This document shows positions 60,755 to 64,000 of a stretch of 64,000 nt of DNA, piece by piece (the first letter of the stretch is position 1; each line of letters opens with the position of its first letter). This DNA comes from Firmicutes bacterium UBA4975. GTDB lineage: Bacteria > Bacillota > Proteinivoracia > UBA4975. Under the pieces are notes generated by a model, which saw nothing but the letters and a program-made list of their open reading frames with translations, searched no databases and was not told where the DNA came from. The translations under genes were made by a program, and so were the position numbers. The stretch spans positions 873 to 64,872 of the forward strand of contig DGZR01000079.1 of assembly GCA_002397155.1 (NCBI GenBank), in the 5' to 3' direction.

Positions 60755-62068
60755 TTGCTGCCAATTGTAGCGGTAGTCGGCAGGCCCAATGTGGGCAAAT
60801 CCACCTTGTTCAACAAGATAATGCAGCAGCGGCTGGCCATCGTAGAGGACACCCCCGGGGTCACTCGGGACAGGCTCTACGCCCAGACCGACTGGAGCGG
60901 ACACAACTTTTTCCTGGTGGACACCGGCGGTTTCGCCCTGGTAGACGAGCCCCTCGCCCTGGCAGTGACCAAGCAGGCGGAAGAAGCGGTGTGGGAGAGC
61001 GATGTCATCATCTTTCTGGTGGACGGGAAAGAAGGGCTGGCCCCCGATGACCGGGAGGTAGCCGAGCTCTTGCGCCGCAGCAAGAAGCCCGTCGTCGTCG
61101 TTGTCAACAAGGTCGACGATTTCAGCCGGAGCCAGGAGCTGCTCTCGGACTTTTATGAATTGGGTCTGGGGGAGCCCCTGCCTATTTCGGCGGCCAATGG
61201 CCTAAACATCGGCGACCTCTTGGACGTCATTGTCTCCCACCTGGAGAAGCTGCCCCTGCCCGAAGAGGACGAAGACACCATTGCCGTGGCCTGTATCGGC
61301 CGCCCCAACGTGGGCAAATCCTCCCTGGTCAACCGGCTGGCCGGCCAGGAGAGGGCGGTGGTCAGCCCCATCCCCGGCACCACCCGGGACGCCATCGACA
61401 CCACCATTTACCACAACGGGCGGAAGATGACCCTGATCGACACCGCCGGATTGCGCCGCAAGAGCCGGCTGGCTTCGGGCATCGAGTACTACAGCATGCT
61501 CCGCAGTGTGCGGGCGGTCCAGCGCTGCCACATCGCCCTCTTGGTCCTGGACGGCCCCGAAGGGCTCACCGAACAGGATAAGCGTATCGCCGGCATCGCC
61601 CATGAGGCGGGCAAGGCGGTAATCCTCCTGGTGAACAAGTGGGATATCGTGGTCAAGGACACCAATACCATGGCCAAGTATAAAAGGGACCTGCGCTCCG
61701 AACTAAAATTCCTGGAATACGCCAACATCGAATTTGTCTCCGCCCTCACCGGCGCCCGCCTGCCCGGCCTTTTGACCCTGGTGGAAAAGACGATGGAACA
61801 GTACCAAAGGCGGATCAGTACCGGCCTGCTCAACGACCTGCTGGTGGACGCTGTCCTGGCCAATCCCCCTTCTACTAAGGGGACCCGGGTCAAGATGTTC
61901 TACATAACCCAGGTTTCCGTCAAACCGCCCCGCTTCGTCCTCTTTGTCAGCGATCCGGAAAGGGTGCATTTTTCCTGGCTGCGCTACTTGGAAAACCGCA
62001 TCCGGGAGGCCTTTGGCTTTGAAGGGACGCCGATGCAGTTCGCCTTGCGAAAGAGGGGAAGCAGATGA
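60755..62068 (+). CDS. der: ribosome biogenesis GTPase Der (EngA)
   Basis: two GRPNVGKS G-domains and a C-terminal KH-like domain. Confidence 0.97.
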   Translation: MLPIVAVVGRPNVGKSTLFNKIMQQRLAIVEDTPGVTRDRLYAQTDWSGHNFFLVDTGGFALVDEPLALAVTKQAEEAVWESDVIIFLVDGKEGLAPDDREVAELLRRSKKPVVVVVNKVDDFSRSQELLSDFYELGLGEPLPISAANGLNIGDLLDVIVSHLEKLPLPEEDEDTIAVACIGRPNVGKSSLVNRLAGQERAVVSPIPGTTRDAIDTTIYHNGRKMTLIDTAGLRRKSRLASGIEYYSMLRSVRAVQRCHIALLVLDGPEGLTEQDKRIAGIAHEAGKAVILLVNKWDIVVKDTNTMAKYKRDLRSELKFLEYANIEFVSALTGARLPGLLTLVEKTMEQYQRRISTGLLNDLLVDAVLANPPSTKGTRVKMFYITQVSVKPPRFVLFVSDPERVHFSWLRYLENRIREAFGFEGTPMQFALRKRGSR

Positions 62069-63078
62069 CAAAGAAAATCGGGGTCATCGGTGCCGGAGGC
62101 TGGGGAACGGCGGTGGCCCTGCTCCTGGCAAAAAAAGGCCATAAAGTGACCCTCTGGACCCGGCGAGAAGAGTTCTGCCGGCACCTGGAGAAATACCGGG
62201 AAAATACCGTGTACCTGCCCGGGGTGTTCTTACCGGTTGGCTTGGAGCTGACCAGCTCCCTGGCCCAGGCGGTAACCGGCATGGACCTGGTGGCTTTCGC
62301 CACTCCCGCCAAGGCAGTGCGGCAGACCGCCCAGGCCATCCGGCCCCATCTTGCCCAAGAGACAATTCTGGTCAGCCTGAGCAAGGGGCTGGAGAGAGAG
62401 ACCTTTTTCCGCTGCTCCCAGGTCCTCACCCAGGTGCTGGGCCTGTCCCAGCGCACCGTGGTAATCAGCGGACCCAACCACGCTGAAGAGGTGGCCCGGG
62501 ACATCCCCACCGCCACCGTGGCGGCGGGATACAGTCTGGGGGCCGCCCAAGAAGTCCAAGAGGTCTTCATGACCCCCAAGTTCCGGGTCTACACCAACAC
62601 CGACGTCATCGGGGTGGAATTGGCCGGAGCGCTGAAAAACATCATCGCCCTTGGGGCCGGGGTCGTGGACGGCCTGGGCTTCGGAGATAACACTAAGGCT
62701 ACCCTGGTGACTCGGGGACTGGCAGAAATGGCCCGCCTGGGCCTGAAACTGGGAGCGGAAAACATAACCTTTGCCGGCTTGGCCGGCATCGGGGACCTTA
62801 TCGCCACCTGCACCAGCAAGCAGAGCCGGAACTGGCAGGCGGGCTACGCCCTGGGCAAGGGGGAGAGCTTGGCCGACATTCGCCACGGCCAGGTAGTAGA
62901 AGGGGTGGCCACTACCCTGACGGCCTCTATCCTGGCCGGCAAGATGGGGGTGGACATGCCCATCACCGACGCCCTCCGCCAGGTAATCTTCCAGGGAAAA
63001 TCCCCCCTCCTGGCGGTCTCCGACCTGATGATCCGGGACAAGGCCCACGAAATCGAAGATATTCTCCCTCGGGAATAG
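62065..63078 (+). CDS. gpsA: NAD(P)H-dependent glycerol-3-phosphate dehydrogenase
   Basis: GAGGWG, SGPNHAEE, GALKNI and GDLIATC.S..SRN motifs. Confidence 0.96.
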   Translation: MTKKIGVIGAGGWGTAVALLLAKKGHKVTLWTRREEFCRHLEKYRENTVYLPGVFLPVGLELTSSLAQAVTGMDLVAFATPAKAVRQTAQAIRPHLAQETILVSLSKGLERETFFRCSQVLTQVLGLSQRTVVISGPNHAEEVARDIPTATVAAGYSLGAAQEVQEVFMTPKFRVYTNTDVIGVELAGALKNIIALGAGVVDGLGFGDNTKATLVTRGLAEMARLGLKLGAENITFAGLAGIGDLIATCTSKQSRNWQAGYALGKGESLADIRHGQVVEGVATTLTASILAGKMGVDMPITDALRQVIFQGKSPLLAVSDLMIRDKAHEIEDILPRE

Positions 63079-63105
63079 CTTTGCCAAGATTTGTCCTCCC
63101 CCCGG

Positions 63106-63133
63106 GAATACAACCATATTTTGCACATATATA
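63106..63133 (+). promoter_or_regulatory. sigmaE-like promoter of spoIVA
   Basis: GAATA-N15-CATATATA. Confidence 0.5.
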
Positions 63134-63174
63134 TAATGTGAGCAAAACCGGATATTGTGAGGGGGAGGAGAACA

Positions 63175-64000
63175 GTGGCAGAATACAGCCTATACCACGA
63201 TATTGCCAAGAGGACCGGTGGTGATATCTACCTGGGCGTAGTCGGTCCTGTACGCACGGGAAAGTCGACGTTCATCAAAAAGTTTATGGAACTGATGGTA
63301 ATACCCAACATCAACGAAGAGGACCGCCTCAGGGCAGTAGATGAGCTACCCCAGAGCAGCGGGGGCAAGACCATCACCACAACCGAGCCAAAATTTGTTC
63401 CCGACGAGGCGGTGGAAGTTCAGTTTGCCGACCAAAATTTCACCATGCGGGTCCGCCTGGTGGACTGCGTCGGCTACACTGTAGATTCTGCCTTGGGGTA
63501 CCTAGACGAGCGGGGAGAACGCCTGGTCATGTCCCCCTGGGCCGACGAAGAGATTCCCTTTCAAGAGGCGGCGGAGATTGGCACCAAAAAGGTCATCGCC
63601 GACCACTCCACCCTGGGAATAATCGTCACCACTGACGCTTCCTTCTCGGAACTGGCCCGGGAAGACTTTGAAATTCCCGAGGCGAGGATAGTGGAAGAGC
63701 TTAAGGCCATCGGCAAGCCCTTTGTCATTATCCTCAATTCCAGCCAGCCCGAGGCCAGCTCCACCCTACAGTTGCAGACCGAACTGGCGGAAAAGTACCG
63801 GGCGCCGGTAATCCCTTGCAACTGCTTGCGCCTGGACAGGAAGTCGGTGGACGCCATCCTCAAAGAGGCCTTGTACGAGTTTCCTGTCAACCAGATCAAC
63901 ATCATCCTGCCCGACTGGGTCGAGGCCCTGGCCGAAGACCACTGGCTCAAGTGCGGCTTTTTGGACATAGTCCGGGGTATAATGAAGGGCGCCGACAAGG
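63175..64000 (+). CDS. spoIVA: stage IV sporulation protein A (runs off the window end; not in the ORF track)
   Basis: hand translation from GTG: MAEYSLYHDIAKRTGGDIYLGVVGPVRTGKSTFIKKFM...DELPQS...TTEPKF. Confidence 0.96.
   Translation, partial: MAEYSLYHDIAKRTGGDIYLGVVGPVRTGKSTFIKKFMELMVIPNINEEDRLRAVDELPQSSGGKTITTTEPKFVPDEAVEVQFADQNFTMRVRLVDCVGYTVDSALGYLDERGERLVMSPWADEEIPFQEAAEIGTKKVIADHSTLGIIVTTDASFSELAREDFEIPEARIVEELKAIGKPFVIILNSSQPEASSTLQLQTELAEKYRAPVIPCNCLRLDRKSVDAILKEALYEFPVNQINIILPDWVEALAEDHWLKCGFLDIVRGIMKGADK

Overview
64 kb from a high-GC, endospore-forming Bacillota (Firmicutes) chromosome. Evidence for the taxon: gpr, spoIIP, yqfC/yqfD, spoIVA, HrcA/CIRCE and Prp-cleaved L27. The window has two parts. 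(1) About 1-16,000 is a visibly more AT-rich accessory catabolic block. It holds an SLC13/MatC-like transporter plus an amidohydrolase-family decarboxylase; an IclR regulator divergent from a porCDAB-buk-panE-like-ptb operon; and a sigma54 unit (NRAMP/YcsG-like transporter, atypical DapA-family aldolase, DASS transporter, PrpR-like activator) with two -24/-12 promoter matches. (2) About 16,050-64,000 is the conserved core run rplU-prp-rpmA-obg-nadD-rsfS...comEA/comEC-holA-rpsT-gpr-spoIIP-hrcA-grpE-dnaK-dnaJ-prmA-rsmE-mtaB-hit-rpsU-nfeD-floA-yqfC/D-phoH-pgpH-ybeY-dgkA-cdd-era-recO, which then jumps to cmk-ispH/rpsA-fni-der-gpsA-spoIVA. The main oddities are an intact but heavily diverged GlyS-beta-like gene with no glyQ or T-box beside it, a paralogous pair of extended DUF881 membrane proteins, and an LCP protein lacking catalytic motifs. 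Also notable are probable non-AUG starts (era ATC, hit CTG), an internal RBS inside the ispH-rpsA fusion, pyrR in the comEB slot, and a 5'-truncated ABC exporter cluster. I found no rRNA, tRNA, CRISPR array or transposase. All family calls come from motif recognition by eye, not database searches.
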